Part shown: piece by piece, positions 8,564 through 18,830 of the stretch | Position numbering within the stretch: the first letter of the stretch is position 1 | Layout of the letters: every line of letters begins with the position of its first letter | Source: an uncultured virus (IMG/VR IMGVR_UViG_3300050503_000206) | Lineage: Duplodnaviria > Heunggongvirae > Uroviricota > Caudoviricetes | Length of the DNA: 64,000 nucleotides | Virus record (IMG/VR): IMGVR_UViG_3300050503_000206 | Strand: one strand, 5' to 3' | Translations under genes and position numbers: made by a program | Notes under the pieces: model-generated | Told to the model about the DNA's origin: nothing | Databases searched by the model: none | What the model saw: the letters and a program-made list of their open reading frames with translations, nothing else

Positions 8564-9877
8564 ATGATCAATCTCGCCAGTACGTCGGATCTGCTGCGTG
8601 TCATCACCGACAGTACGGCGACCGTCGACGTCAACGCGTCGTGGGTGGATCTGAACGGGACCACGGTCACGCCGGGCCGGACCAACACGCTCATCTCGAC
8701 CGCGACCACGACGACGGTCGTCGCTAGCCCTGCGGCGTCGACGGTGCGCAACGTCAAGTCGCTGTTCATCCGCAACCGTCACGCGACCTTGTCCTGCCTC
8801 GTCACCGTGATCCACAGCGACGGGACCAACATCCCGCAGCTGCACGCGCAGCTTTTGCTCGCCGGCGAGGAGCTGCAGTACGTCGACGGCAACGGCTTCA
8901 CCTACTACGGCGCCACGGGCCCCACGAACATCCAGATATTCACGACGCCGGGCGCGGGCACGTGGACCAAGCCCACCAACTTCACGCCGAGCTTCGTGCG
9001 TGTCGTGTGCATCGGCGCGGGCGGAGGTGGTGGCGGTGGTGCCTCGCAGACCGGCGCAGTCGTCCGCACGGGCGGATGCGGCGGCGGTGGAGGCTCGTAC
9101 GCAGAGAAGATCTTCAACGCGGCCGACCTCGGCAGCACCGAAGCGACGTCCGTCGGCACAGGCGGTACGGCCGGTGGCGGCGGTGCCTCGGGCGCGGACG
9201 GAACCGCAGGCGGAATCGGCGGCAACTCGACCTTCGGCGGCACGATCCTGATCGGCTACGGCGGCGGCGGCGGGCAGCTCGGCGACAACGCGGCCTCCGC
9301 TGGCGGCGGCGGTGGTGGAGGTGGTACAGGAGCCGCGGGCGCAACCGGAACGACGGCGGGCGGCGCGGGCGGTGGACCGGGCGCGAGCTCGCTGACGGCG
9401 GCCGGCGGCACAGGTGCGACCGGCGGGGCGAACGGCTCTCCGGGCGGCCACGCCGAACGAGGCGGCGCGGGTGGTGGCGGTCACACGAACGTGCCGGCGA
9501 ACGGCACCGGTGGTGGATCGCTCTACGGCGGTGGTGGTGGCGGATGCGGTGGCGGATCGACCGTCACGCCCGCGACCGTCAACGCAACCGCAGGTGGCGC
9601 TTCGGGCACGATCACCGCGGGCACAGGCGGCGCGGCCGGCACGAGCGGCGCGGCGCCGACGGCCGGAACTGCGGGTGCGTCGGGGGACTCGCGCCGAGCT
9701 GGCAACGGCGGTGGTGGTGGTGGCGGCACGATCACCGCGAACACCACCGGTGCTGTCGGTGGCGCTGGTGGAGCTCCGGGTGGAGGCGGTGGAGGTGGCG
9801 GCGTGGGATCGAACACGAACGCAGGTGGAGCCGGCGGCGTGGGTGGCGACGGAGCCATCTATGTCTTCACGTGGTAG
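8564..9877 (+). CDS. Glycine-rich fibre/appendage protein
   Basis: QIFTTPGAGTWTKP...VVCIGAGGGGGGG followed by long G-rich repeats ending GGDGAIYVFTW, typical of phage glycine-rich domains. Confidence 0.75.
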   Translation: MINLASTSDLLRVITDSTATVDVNASWVDLNGTTVTPGRTNTLISTATTTTVVASPAASTVRNVKSLFIRNRHATLSCLVTVIHSDGTNIPQLHAQLLLAGEELQYVDGNGFTYYGATGPTNIQIFTTPGAGTWTKPTNFTPSFVRVVCIGAGGGGGGGASQTGAVVRTGGCGGGGGSYAEKIFNAADLGSTEATSVGTGGTAGGGGASGADGTAGGIGGNSTFGGTILIGYGGGGGQLGDNAASAGGGGGGGGTGAAGATGTTAGGAGGGPGASSLTAAGGTGATGGANGSPGGHAERGGAGGGGHTNVPANGTGGGSLYGGGGGGCGGGSTVTPATVNATAGGASGTITAGTGGAAGTSGAAPTAGTAGASGDSRRAGNGGGGGGGTITANTTGAVGGAGGAPGGGGGGGGVGSNTNAGGAGGVGGDGAIYVFTW

Positions 9878-9892
9878 CGCGAGGCTCGACCC

Positions 9893-12800
9893 ATGGCGGC
9901 GGGCACATTCGACGAAACGCTCGTCCCCGTCGCGTGGTTCGACGAGACCGCGGAAGCACTCGGATGGTTCGATGACGACACTCTCGGCGCGACGGCGCCG
10001 ACGACGACTCCGATCCCGCACGAGTTCCGTGACGGAAACGCCGATGTCGTCACGGCATCGACGACGTTCGTCGACGCCGGATGCTCGACCGGCACGCTCG
10101 CGGCCGGCGACTGGTTTGTCGTAGGACTCGCGAACTACCGCCAAGAGGGCAACGACGCCGACGGCTTCGCGCCCGAGGTGGAAGCACGTCTGGGCACCAC
10201 CCGGATCGCGCTCGGTGGCTGGCGCGTGCTCTTCGGCGACTTCAACCTCGGTGATGCCAACGGCGCCTTCATGGCGATGGCCGCGGTCGTCACGTCGACC
10301 GGCAGCGAGACTCTCAACTTCCGCGTGCGTGCCGATGGCGGCAACGGAACGACCGAAGAAGTGCGTTTTGGCGGCGCGTCGTGGATGGTCTGGGGACTCT
10401 CGGTCTTCACGATCAATACCGACTACTGGGTTGCGCAGGCCTCCAACTCCGACACCGCGGAGGTCACGGCTTCGGGCACGTCGTGGGTCGAGGGATCGAC
10501 GTCGGGACAGCTGACGTTCACGCCTGCCGACTCGGGCGACTACCTGATCTGTGCGAGCGCGGAGGGCTTCTGCACCACCGACACACCCGCCGGCCAAGAG
10601 ACCGTTCGCTTCCGTCTGCGCATGACGACCGACGTCGGCGGCAGTCCGACGACGGCCACGATCGGCAACGAACAGGAGAGCCAGCAAGACCTGCCGATGA
10701 CGGACGCCACCCAGTTCCAGGTGCCGGCGACGCAGTGGGACGTCCGGACGCTGGTCGGTGGCACGACCTACGAGATCTTCTGGGAGTTCTCCAACGACGC
10801 CGCGGGCAGCAACGTCGGCTATCGCCGCTCGCGCGTGATCGTCTTTCGACTCGCGTCATTCGTGGACTACGAGTTCGTCACCTACTACGACGGATTCCAA
10901 GCCTCGAGCGGCACGACCGAAGCGACGACGGCTCTGACCTACGACTTCGGCACGGCTGACGTCGCGCACCTGGCGAGCTGCACCTACCAGAACGCGGGCA
11001 GCTTCGGAGAGGGCCTGTTCCGGCATGACGGCAGCCCCGACGTCGATTTCCCCGACATCGGGCGCATGTACGTGCCCAACAACCTCGGCACGGGAGCGAC
11101 CAACGACATCCCACTGCTCGCCTTCGATGCGCTCATCGACGGTCTGTCGGGATCGCAGACGTGGCGCTTCGCTGGCACTGCCGACACGGCGCCGATCCTG
11201 ACCTTCGGCCGCAACCAGGGCGACAGCGCCGACACGCGCAGCGTGATCGTGGCGTTGCAGATGGACGCCTTCAGCGAAGGCGGTGTCGACGGCACGTTCG
11301 CGACGACGCTGCCGGTACCCACGATGGCGGCCTCGGGCACCGCCGAGCATACGGGCACCTTCGCGACGGACCTGACTGTGCCCGTCCTCGCGGCCACGGG
11401 GCAGCGCGAAGAGACGGGCACGTTCGCGACGAGTCTGCCCGTGCCGACGATGGCGGCCTCGGGTACCGCCGAGCACACGGGCACCTTCGCGACGAACCTG
11501 ACCGTGCCCGTCCTCGCTGCGACGGGCGAAGTGCAGCACGACGGCGCCTTCGCAACGTCGCTGCCTGTGCCCGTGCTCGCGTCCACCGGCGAAGTGCAGC
11601 ACGAGGGAACCTTCGCAACGTCGTTGCCTGTGCCCGTTCTCGCTGCGGCCGGAGAAGTGCAGCACGACGGTGCCTTCGCGACGGATCTGCCTGTGCCCGT
11701 GCTCGCGGCCACTGGCGAGGCGCAGCACGATGGTACGTTCGCGACGTCTCTGCCCGTGCCGACGATGGCTGCCACGGGCGAGGTACAGCACGAGGGTGTC
11801 TTCGCGACGGATCTGCCTGTGCCCGTCCTCGCTGCGACGGGCGAAGTGCAGCACGAGGGCACGTTCGCGACGTCGCTGCCCGTGCCGACGATGGATGCCA
11901 CGGGCGAGGTGCAGCACGATGGCACCTTCGCGACCGACCTCACCGTGCCCGTGCTCGATGCGACGGGCGAGGTACAGCACGACGGCACGTTCGCGACCGA
12001 CCTGACGGTGCCGATCCTCGCCGCCACCGGCCAGCGCGAGGAGACCGGCACGTTCGCGACGGATCTTCCGATCCCCGTGCTCGACGCCACGGGCTCCGTC
12101 GAGATCACCGGTGACTTCGCAACGACGCTGCCGGTGCCTGTGCTCGCGGCCACGGGCGAAGTGCAACACGAGGGCACGTTCGCGACGGATCTTCCGATCC
12201 CCGTGCTCGATGCGACCGGCGACGTCGCGCTCGAGGGGACCTTCGCCACCGACCTGACCGTACCCGTGCTCGACGCCGCCGGCGAAGTACAGCACGAGGG
12301 CACGTTCGCGACGGATCTGCCGATCCCTGTGCTCGACGCCACGGGCCAAGTGCAGCTGAGCGGCGTGTTCGCGACGACCTTGCCTGTGCCGACCATGGAT
12401 GCCGCCGGGCAATCCGAACATCAGGGCACGTTCGCGACCGATCTGACGGTGCCGGTTCTCGACGCCATCGGGCAGCGCGAGGAGACTGGCGATTTCGCGA
12501 CCGATCTGACGGTGCCGACGATGGCCGCGACGGGTGACGTCGCGCATGAGGGCACGTTCGCGACGATCCTTCCGATCCCCGTGTTCGCGGCGAGCGGAGA
12601 AGCGCAGCACGATGGTACGTTCGCGACCGATCTGCCGATTCCGGTGTTCGTCGCATCCGGTGCTGTCGAGCACGTCGGTACGTTCGCAGCGTCGTTGCCG
12701 ATCCCCGTGCTGGCGATGCAAGGCCAGCTCGTGCACGACGGCGCTTTCGCGACGGATCTGCCGATTCCCGTGCTCGACGCGATCGGCGGGTCGGGCACGT

Positions 12801-13144
12801 TCGGCGTATTCGGTGGATCGCTGCCGGTGCCGACGATGGCGTCGATCGGCGTCGTCACGCCCCTCGTTCCACCCCCGCCGCCGCCTCCTCCGCCTCCGCC
12901 TCCGGCTCCCGGTCGTCGTGGTGGCGGTAGTGGCGGTGGTCCGCCGCCCTTCCAATACCCGATGCCGTCGCTGTTCTCGCCGCCCTCGACCGAGTACGAG
13001 GCGGAGATCCAAGCACTCGAGCAGGGCAACGACGCCGAGCTCGACATGGAGATCGCAGCCGAGCTCGCGGCCGTGCTCTCGCCCGATCCGGAAGCTCGAG
13101 CAGCTGCCCGACTCGCCATCGCGCTCCGGCGGCGCTCTACATGA
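9893..13144 (+). CDS. Large putative virion fibre protein with about 25 tandem 21-aa repeats
   Basis: Repeat GTFATDLPVPVLAATGEVQHE, then a poly-Pro linker and a helical C-terminus. Confidence 0.8.
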   Translation: MAAGTFDETLVPVAWFDETAEALGWFDDDTLGATAPTTTPIPHEFRDGNADVVTASTTFVDAGCSTGTLAAGDWFVVGLANYRQEGNDADGFAPEVEARLGTTRIALGGWRVLFGDFNLGDANGAFMAMAAVVTSTGSETLNFRVRADGGNGTTEEVRFGGASWMVWGLSVFTINTDYWVAQASNSDTAEVTASGTSWVEGSTSGQLTFTPADSGDYLICASAEGFCTTDTPAGQETVRFRLRMTTDVGGSPTTATIGNEQESQQDLPMTDATQFQVPATQWDVRTLVGGTTYEIFWEFSNDAAGSNVGYRRSRVIVFRLASFVDYEFVTYYDGFQASSGTTEATTALTYDFGTADVAHLASCTYQNAGSFGEGLFRHDGSPDVDFPDIGRMYVPNNLGTGATNDIPLLAFDALIDGLSGSQTWRFAGTADTAPILTFGRNQGDSADTRSVIVALQMDAFSEGGVDGTFATTLPVPTMAASGTAEHTGTFATDLTVPVLAATGQREETGTFATSLPVPTMAASGTAEHTGTFATNLTVPVLAATGEVQHDGAFATSLPVPVLASTGEVQHEGTFATSLPVPVLAAAGEVQHDGAFATDLPVPVLAATGEAQHDGTFATSLPVPTMAATGEVQHEGVFATDLPVPVLAATGEVQHEGTFATSLPVPTMDATGEVQHDGTFATDLTVPVLDATGEVQHDGTFATDLTVPILAATGQREETGTFATDLPIPVLDATGSVEITGDFATTLPVPVLAATGEVQHEGTFATDLPIPVLDATGDVALEGTFATDLTVPVLDAAGEVQHEGTFATDLPIPVLDATGQVQLSGVFATTLPVPTMDAAGQSEHQGTFATDLTVPVLDAIGQREETGDFATDLTVPTMAATGDVAHEGTFATILPIPVFAASGEAQHDGTFATDLPIPVFVASGAVEHVGTFAASLPIPVLAMQGQLVHDGAFATDLPIPVLDAIGGSGTFGVFGGSLPVPTMASIGVVTPLVPPPPPPPPPPPPAPGRRGGGSGGGPPPFQYPMPSLFSPPSTEYEAEIQALEQGNDAELDMEIAAELAAVLSPDPEARAAARLAIALRRRST
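11285..12860 (+). repeat. Degenerate 63-bp coding tandem repeat
   Basis: GGCACGTTCGCGACG... recurs at 63-bp spacing with synonymous variation. Confidence 0.85.
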
Positions 13145-13571
13145 CGACGCGCAGGCCGGGTCGATCGGTCGGAGTGGGGCGCGGCTCGAGCAACTCGGCC
13201 GTGCGCGCGACCATTTCCTGCCACTGCCAGCGATCGGGCGCGCCCGGCCGCGGAGGCCAGGTCTGATCGGGAAGGATCGAGGAGAAGACGTCGACCAGGA
13301 TCGACTCGGCGTCCCGGTTGCCTCGGCGCATCGCTGCACGGATCGCGCGCGGCAGCACCTCGAACCACGCATTGTAGTCGTCGATGACGAGCACACCGTT
13401 CTCGCGGTGCACCATGGGCGGCGCGATCGGCTTCGACGACGGATCGGGATTGGCGCGCCGATCGAGTCGTGCAAGCCAGTGGGTGACGATGAGAAACGCG
13501 ATGACCGCCAGCGTGATGAGCGCAACGACGCTCGCGCTGCGTCGCACCAACCGCTTGGATCGAGCTTTCAC
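13137..13571 (-). CDS. Membrane-anchored protein with PDxTWPP motif
   Basis: Basic N-terminus, TM segment VVALITLAVIAFLIV, RRANP, LPDQTWPP. Confidence 0.65.
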   Translation of the reverse strand: MKARSKRLVRRSASVVALITLAVIAFLIVTHWLARLDRRANPDPSSKPIAPPMVHRENGVLVIDDYNAWFEVLPRAIRAAMRRGNRDAESILVDVFSSILPDQTWPPRPGAPDRWQWQEMVARTAELLEPRPTPTDRPGLRVVM

Positions 13572-13603
13572 GAGACGATCCCAGCACAGATCTCGGCAGT
13601 TTT

Positions 13604-15307
13604 CTAGCTCGCGAACAGACCGATCCCGTTGACGCGCAAACCGAGCGCAGCGAAGGGCCAGTTGCCCGGGTTCAATCCGCCAGCCGGCACCGTCGCTTCC
13701 CAGGGCACCGCAGGATCGGGGTTCATGCCCGGCGTCGGATCGAAGATCTCGAACTCGGACGTCGCGGCCCAGTCCTGCGGATTCTCGGGCGGATCGGAGA
13801 CCTCGGGGTTGGCCATGAACGCGAAGCGCACGAACGCGTCGACCGCGTCGTTCTTGATCCCCCACCACAGTGGATCGGTGACGTTGATTGCGATCGCAGT
13901 GGGACCCGGGAGCGGCGCCATGATGCGAGCATAACCGTTGATGACGGCACCGCTGGTCTGTCCGAAGTCGTACTCGATCGGCGTTCCCGTCGGGTCGAAG
14001 AGCACGCCGCCTTGCCACGATCCCGCCCGAAACTGTCCGACGTGCACCGTTCCGTACGGCGTGTCGTGGTAGTCCAGTTCCATCCCGAGGACCTGCGGTG
14101 GCGTCGCCCCCATGTAGAGCTGACTGTTGATCGCGACCTCGTTGCCCACTGCGATGTTGGTCAGATGCGATCCGAAGCGACGCATCCACGACGCGTCGGC
14201 AGCAAACGGCTCGGTGTCGTAGATCACGCGCAGGCACAGGATCACGTTGAAGCCCGAGAACCCACCGCCGGCCGGCACCACGGCCGGGTACGGAACGGTG
14301 GCGTCCGGATCCATCGTGGTGATCCAGAAGTCCTGATCGCTCAGGTTGCCGTTCCACCCCGCTCCGACCTGCACGTTGCGCACGAGCGTCACGCCGCCAG
14401 CGCTCTTGAGCCCGAACCACAGGTTCGTGGCGTTGCCCACCGTCGCGACGTCTCCGATGTCGACCCACGTCCGGATCCATCCGTTCACGGCAGTGCCAGA
14501 GATCTGTCCGAAGTCGTAGACGAGGGTCGCTCCGACCGGCGACACCGCAGTGCCGCCTTCGAAGAGCACGAGTCGAGGCTGATCGGCGCCGTTGTGGATC
14601 GAGCCGATGAAGATGTCCATCGCCTTGATCCGGTTCACGGGATTCGGAGGCGACGTGCCATGCACGAGATACGCGTCGACCGCCACGCCCTCGAACGTGC
14701 CGAACGCGAGCGTGTTCACCTGCGCGACGCGGATCCCCCACAGCCCGGCATCACCGCGCGAAGCGAAATCACCACCCGTGAACGCAGCCATGGTGTCGAT
14801 GCTGGTGCCCGAGATCCGCATCTCCCACGAGGCCGTCGGTACCGCTCCGATCTGAACGACCGTGTACTCGGGGAACGGAAGCATGGCGGTCTCGAGCGCG
14901 GTCGCGACGTCTTGCGCGGAGACGAGGCCGGGACCGAGCGGAACCTGCACCGCCACGAACCCGACGAGTTGCGGATACCAGTCGGTCGGATCGATCCCAC
15001 GCTGCGTGGATCCATCGCTCTGCGTGAACCAGAACACGCGGTCCGGCACCGAACCGAGTCCGGGGATCGCGATGAAGCTGCTCGCGGCCGTGCCACCGAT
15101 CGCACCGTCGTAGGCAGATCGTGTGTCGCCGACAAACGACGACGGAGGCAGCACCACATCGAGGCTGTGGATCGTCGGCGCCGGTGGAGTCGGCGGGATC
15201 GGCGGAGTCGGAGAGGGAAGCGGGACGCTCGCTACGCCTCCGCCTCCGCCACTGCTCCACCAAGGTAGACCCGGTGGCCAATACCAAGGCCGTCGTCGCT
15301 TTCCCAT
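13604..15307 (-). CDS. Putative structural protein with internally duplicated beta-rich domain
   Basis: YDFGQISGTAVNGW and YDFGQTSGAVINGY; LWFGLK and LWWGIK; DPDATVPYPAVVPAGG and NPDPAVPWEATVPAGG. Confidence 0.7.
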   Translation of the reverse strand: MGKRRRPWYWPPGLPWWSSGGGGGVASVPLPSPTPPIPPTPPAPTIHSLDVVLPPSSFVGDTRSAYDGAIGGTAASSFIAIPGLGSVPDRVFWFTQSDGSTQRGIDPTDWYPQLVGFVAVQVPLGPGLVSAQDVATALETAMLPFPEYTVVQIGAVPTASWEMRISGTSIDTMAAFTGGDFASRGDAGLWGIRVAQVNTLAFGTFEGVAVDAYLVHGTSPPNPVNRIKAMDIFIGSIHNGADQPRLVLFEGGTAVSPVGATLVYDFGQISGTAVNGWIRTWVDIGDVATVGNATNLWFGLKSAGGVTLVRNVQVGAGWNGNLSDQDFWITTMDPDATVPYPAVVPAGGGFSGFNVILCLRVIYDTEPFAADASWMRRFGSHLTNIAVGNEVAINSQLYMGATPPQVLGMELDYHDTPYGTVHVGQFRAGSWQGGVLFDPTGTPIEYDFGQTSGAVINGYARIMAPLPGPTAIAINVTDPLWWGIKNDAVDAFVRFAFMANPEVSDPPENPQDWAATSEFEIFDPTPGMNPDPAVPWEATVPAGGLNPGNWPFAALGLRVNGIGLFAS

Positions 15308-15405
15308 GGTTTCGGCTCCGATACTCAACCACAGCTACGGTCGTTTTCGGGCACCGCAGCTTGCGCATGCCCATTCCAGCCGAGATCGGCCATCCGGTGC
15401 AGAGG

Positions 15406-15415
15406 CTGGTAGGGT
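15406..15415 (+). promoter_or_regulatory. Extended -10 promoter CTGGTAGGGT
   Basis: 6 nt before GTG 15422. Confidence 0.75.
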
Positions 15416-15421
15416 CCCGCG

Positions 15422-18160
15422 GTGTCGATCCGGGTCGTCCAAGGTGAGGCGTGTCTCGGCTTCAGCTGCCCTGGCATCGACCCGTCGAGCTCGACGAGCT
15501 CGGGTGCGTCGTGCACGGTGTGCCCGCCTGGGGCACCGGGCGCACCGGGCCCCCAAGGTCCTCCAGGCGCGCCGGGCTCGCTGTGGATCAGCGTCGACGA
15601 CTACGGCGCGTCGCGCAATCCCGCGGTCGACAGCACCGCGGCATTCCAAGCCGCGCTCAATGCCGCGGCATCCGGATCGGTGGGTACTACCTGGGTGCTC
15701 GTGCCCAACGTCGACGTCGCGGGCGGCGAAGGCTACGGGATCTACGGGACGGTCACGATCCCAGCGGGCGTCGTACTGTTCGGCCCCGACGGAGCCGATG
15801 GCACTGCGTCGCTCATCTACACGTTCGTCGGTGCGAACGTGGCGGTCTTCCAGTTCGCTGCGGGCCTGAACCGATCGGGGATCGAAGGTCTGCAGATCCT
15901 CGGGCCCTCGGGCGCGCCCTCGGGACGCGCCGTGTCGTTTGTCGGCAGCCAGTTCAACTACGCCAAGAACCTGCAGATCTGGTACCACGCGATCGGCATC
16001 GACCTGTCCGACGGAGTCACGCCGTTCTCGGCGTACAACGTCATCGAGCAGTGCGAGATCAACGTCTGCACGTCCTTCGGGATCCGGGCGTTTCAGCAGG
16101 CCAACGCCAACGCGATCATCGGCGGCCGGATCTTCTTCACCCGCAACGCCGGCAACACGGCGGTCGCCCTCGGTGTGAGTAACGCGCGGGCCTTGTCGAT
16201 CACCGGAGGCCTCGCGCTCGAGGACTACAACATCGGTCTGCAGATCGGCGGCGCGCCGTCGTTCTCGATGACGGGGTGCTGGTTCGAGAAGGGCGCGACG
16301 TTGCCCTTGGGCTCCGACTTTCAGGTGCTGTCGACCTTCGAGGAGTCGCCGCTGTTCGAAGGTGGGATCCTCTTCGCGGGCAACCACCACGCCGATCCCT
16401 GGCCGCTCGCGAACGGGTTCATCGACGCTGCGCTCTACGGCGTGCTGCCCGACGGCAACGACCACAGCGCCGAGCTCCAGCATGCGCTCGACGATGCGGC
16501 GACGGGCAACATCAGGCTCGTCCTGTTGCCCGCCGGCACGATCGTGCTCGGCTCGACGGTGCAGTACCACGACAACATCGCGCTGAAGGGACAGGGTGCG
16601 CAGGCCACCGTCCTCGACTTCACGGGCGCTGGCTGGGCGCTCGAGCAGTCGACGCCAGGCGTCCGGATCTTCAACTGCTGCTTCATCGGGTTCCAGATCA
16701 ACTTCGACGCGATCGCCGACGGTGCGCTCCACCTCGACGACGTCTCGCTCGCTCATCTCGAGGACGTCGTCACCATCGGTCCGGGAATCGGGGTCGGCAA
16801 CGGCTCCGGATTCCGCATGTCGTCGGTGATCAACGGAGGCGCGGTCTACAACGCCTTCTACCACTGCCGCGCGCTGTCCTGCGAGAACGGGTTCGACGTC
16901 CTTCCCCAGGGCAGCAACGACACCCACCTGATCGACTGCCGTGCGACGGCATGCACGCGTGGCGTCTATGTCCTCGATTCCAATCACGTCGTGATCGACG
17001 ACTGCGCCATCGAAAGCGGCACGCGCGGAGTGGTCATCGACGCCTCGATCTCGGCGGTGTCCGACTCGCTGACCGTTTCGAATACGAGGTTCGAGGGCAA
17101 CACGGTCGCGAACATCCAGTTCGGCGAGGTGTTCGCCGCTGCCAACGTCCGCTACCCGAACATCCACAACAACCATCACGTCACGGGCACGCCGATCGTC
17201 GGCTCTCCAAGTTTCCCGACCTTCGTCGGAGACACAGGCGGCACGTCTGCGTCGATCCGGATCGTCACGCCGTTCCTCGACGTACCGTTCTACTTCGAAC
17301 GCACGGTGGGCGCGCCCGGTGGCGAAGTGATGGCGCACTTCGTCGACAGCAACGCGGCTCTGGGTACGCCCGTCTCGGTCCAGATCACGACCGAACGTGT
17401 GGCGCCACAGCTTCGAGGCGTGCGCGCTTCGGTGACGCGTTGGGAGATGTCGTCCGACGGCAGTGCGTCGTTCACCGGCACGGTTTCGGTGACCGGTGCA
17501 GGCGGCGTCCAGACCACTGCGCTCGCGGCCACCGGGAACGTTTCGTTCATCACCGCAGGGCAGAGCATCTTCCACGGCGACGGCGTATCGGCCGGCAACG
17601 TCACCGAAGAGATCCGCAAAGCAGCCGCGAACAACTTCGTCCATCAGGTGTTCCGCAACGGCACCGCGGCCGCAGGATTGCGGTGGCTCAAGATCTTCCT
17701 GTCCAACACCAACGTTCGCACCGACCGGTACGACGTGAACGGCGCCAACCCGGTCACGTTCGAGCTCGACGACTGGACGAGCATCATCAAGCGCCTGCGG
17801 CGGATCGCGGCCGATCAGGGAACCGCGGTGACCAGCGCTGCGTTCGCCCCGACCGGCTTCGGTGGTGCCGGCGCAGCGATCGCCGTGTCCACGGGCAGCA
17901 CGGATCAACGTGGCGAAGTGACGTTCACGGTCGGCGCGGCGCCTGCGGCCAACCCGAGCTTCGTGTTCACGTTCGTCGATGGTGCATGGCCGACTGCGAA
18001 TCCCTACGGATCGGTGCAGTTCTCCGGCGGAACAGGGTTCGTCGCGGGGACGGTGACGCGTTTCACGCGGACGCGCAACCAGACGACGCTGACGGTGACG
18101 TTCGTGGGCACACCCATCGCCGGTGAGACCTACTCGATCGAGTGGAATCTCATGGGCTAG
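15422..18160 (+). CDS. Spike/depolymerase-like protein with two pectate-lyase-3-type beta-helix domains
   Basis: SVDDYGA...DSTAAFQAALNAA and AALYGVLPDGNDHSAELQHALD...LLPAGT; short collagen-like GAPGAPGPQGPPG at the N-terminus. Confidence 0.75.
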   Translation: MSIRVVQGEACLGFSCPGIDPSSSTSSGASCTVCPPGAPGAPGPQGPPGAPGSLWISVDDYGASRNPAVDSTAAFQAALNAAASGSVGTTWVLVPNVDVAGGEGYGIYGTVTIPAGVVLFGPDGADGTASLIYTFVGANVAVFQFAAGLNRSGIEGLQILGPSGAPSGRAVSFVGSQFNYAKNLQIWYHAIGIDLSDGVTPFSAYNVIEQCEINVCTSFGIRAFQQANANAIIGGRIFFTRNAGNTAVALGVSNARALSITGGLALEDYNIGLQIGGAPSFSMTGCWFEKGATLPLGSDFQVLSTFEESPLFEGGILFAGNHHADPWPLANGFIDAALYGVLPDGNDHSAELQHALDDAATGNIRLVLLPAGTIVLGSTVQYHDNIALKGQGAQATVLDFTGAGWALEQSTPGVRIFNCCFIGFQINFDAIADGALHLDDVSLAHLEDVVTIGPGIGVGNGSGFRMSSVINGGAVYNAFYHCRALSCENGFDVLPQGSNDTHLIDCRATACTRGVYVLDSNHVVIDDCAIESGTRGVVIDASISAVSDSLTVSNTRFEGNTVANIQFGEVFAAANVRYPNIHNNHHVTGTPIVGSPSFPTFVGDTGGTSASIRIVTPFLDVPFYFERTVGAPGGEVMAHFVDSNAALGTPVSVQITTERVAPQLRGVRASVTRWEMSSDGSASFTGTVSVTGAGGVQTTALAATGNVSFITAGQSIFHGDGVSAGNVTEEIRKAAANNFVHQVFRNGTAAAGLRWLKIFLSNTNVRTDRYDVNGANPVTFELDDWTSIIKRLRRIAADQGTAVTSAAFAPTGFGGAGAAIAVSTGSTDQRGEVTFTVGAAPAANPSFVFTFVDGAWPTANPYGSVQFSGGTGFVAGTVTRFTRTRNQTTLTVTFVGTPIAGETYSIEWNLMG

Positions 18161-18576
18161 CGCGGTGGCTTCTGGACGTGGGACGGCGGACCTTGGTCGA
18201 TCTCGTCGAGCACCCGGTTCGCCGCCGCCACCTTCGTCGCCGGCTCGTTGTACGCCTCGGCGACGCCGGCGAGGTGGCGCACCACGCTTCGAGCTCGGCG
18301 CGACCAGTGCAGCAGCCACACGATGTGATAGCGGGTGGGCATCACCCACGGCAGCTTGAGCTGGTCGAGCATCTCGTCCACCCATCCGCCGCCAGGACGC
18401 GACTCGTCCGACGGCGTCGACAGGGCCCACGACGCGCGCGACTCGAGCTCGTACGCAGCCTCGACGATCTCCTTGGCGAGATCTTCGAGGCCGGCTTCGT
18501 GGATGATGTGGGCCTTCTCGCGCAACCACGTCGAGCGCCGTTGACAGAGCTCGATGAGTTCGTCGATCCCACTCAC
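18157..18576 (-). CDS. Hypothetical protein
   Basis: GTG start 6 nt after a TAAGAT -10-like hexamer (18583-18588). Confidence 0.55.
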   Translation of the reverse strand: MSGIDELIELCQRRSTWLREKAHIIHEAGLEDLAKEIVEAAYELESRASWALSTPSDESRPGGGWVDEMLDQLKLPWVMPTRYHIVWLLHWSRRARSVVRHLAGVAEAYNEPATKVAAANRVLDEIDQGPPSHVQKPPR

Positions 18577-18824
18577 CTTATGATCTTACCGCGTTGCTGC
18601 TCCGCTTCGAATGCGACCGCCGCGGCGAGGGTACCGGCCAAAAGGCCACCGATCGCGACCGACGGCTTCTTCCATTTCACGGCGGCAGCGCCGGCGAGCG
18701 CCATCACGCCGAGTCCGATGAGTGCCGCCACGCTCGCGCCGTGCGTCTCCGCTCGCGCGTTGCGGCGGTTGGGAGCGCGCTTCGGAGCGCCGAGGTTGGC
18801 TGCGGGATAGGTCACGACGGCCAT
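18573..18824 (-). CDS. Small two-TM membrane protein
   Basis: Basic N-terminus (PNRRN), two hydrophobic segments. Confidence 0.6.
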   Translation of the reverse strand: MAVVTYPAANLGAPKRAPNRRNARAETHGASVAALIGLGVMALAGAAAVKWKKPSVAIGGLLAGTLAAAVAFEAEQQRGKIIR

Positions 18825-18830
18825 GCGAAA

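Noticed and set aside
11285..12860. 63-bp repeats as a diversity-generating retroelement TR/VR
   Set aside because: Differences are not adenine-specific and there is no reverse transcriptase in the window.
15335..18529. Very long opposite-strand ORFs (for example 15335-18529, 10856-13525, 38070-40775, 25617-28052)
   Set aside because: They are Arg/Ala-rich shadows expected at high GC, lying opposite genes with recognisable motifs.
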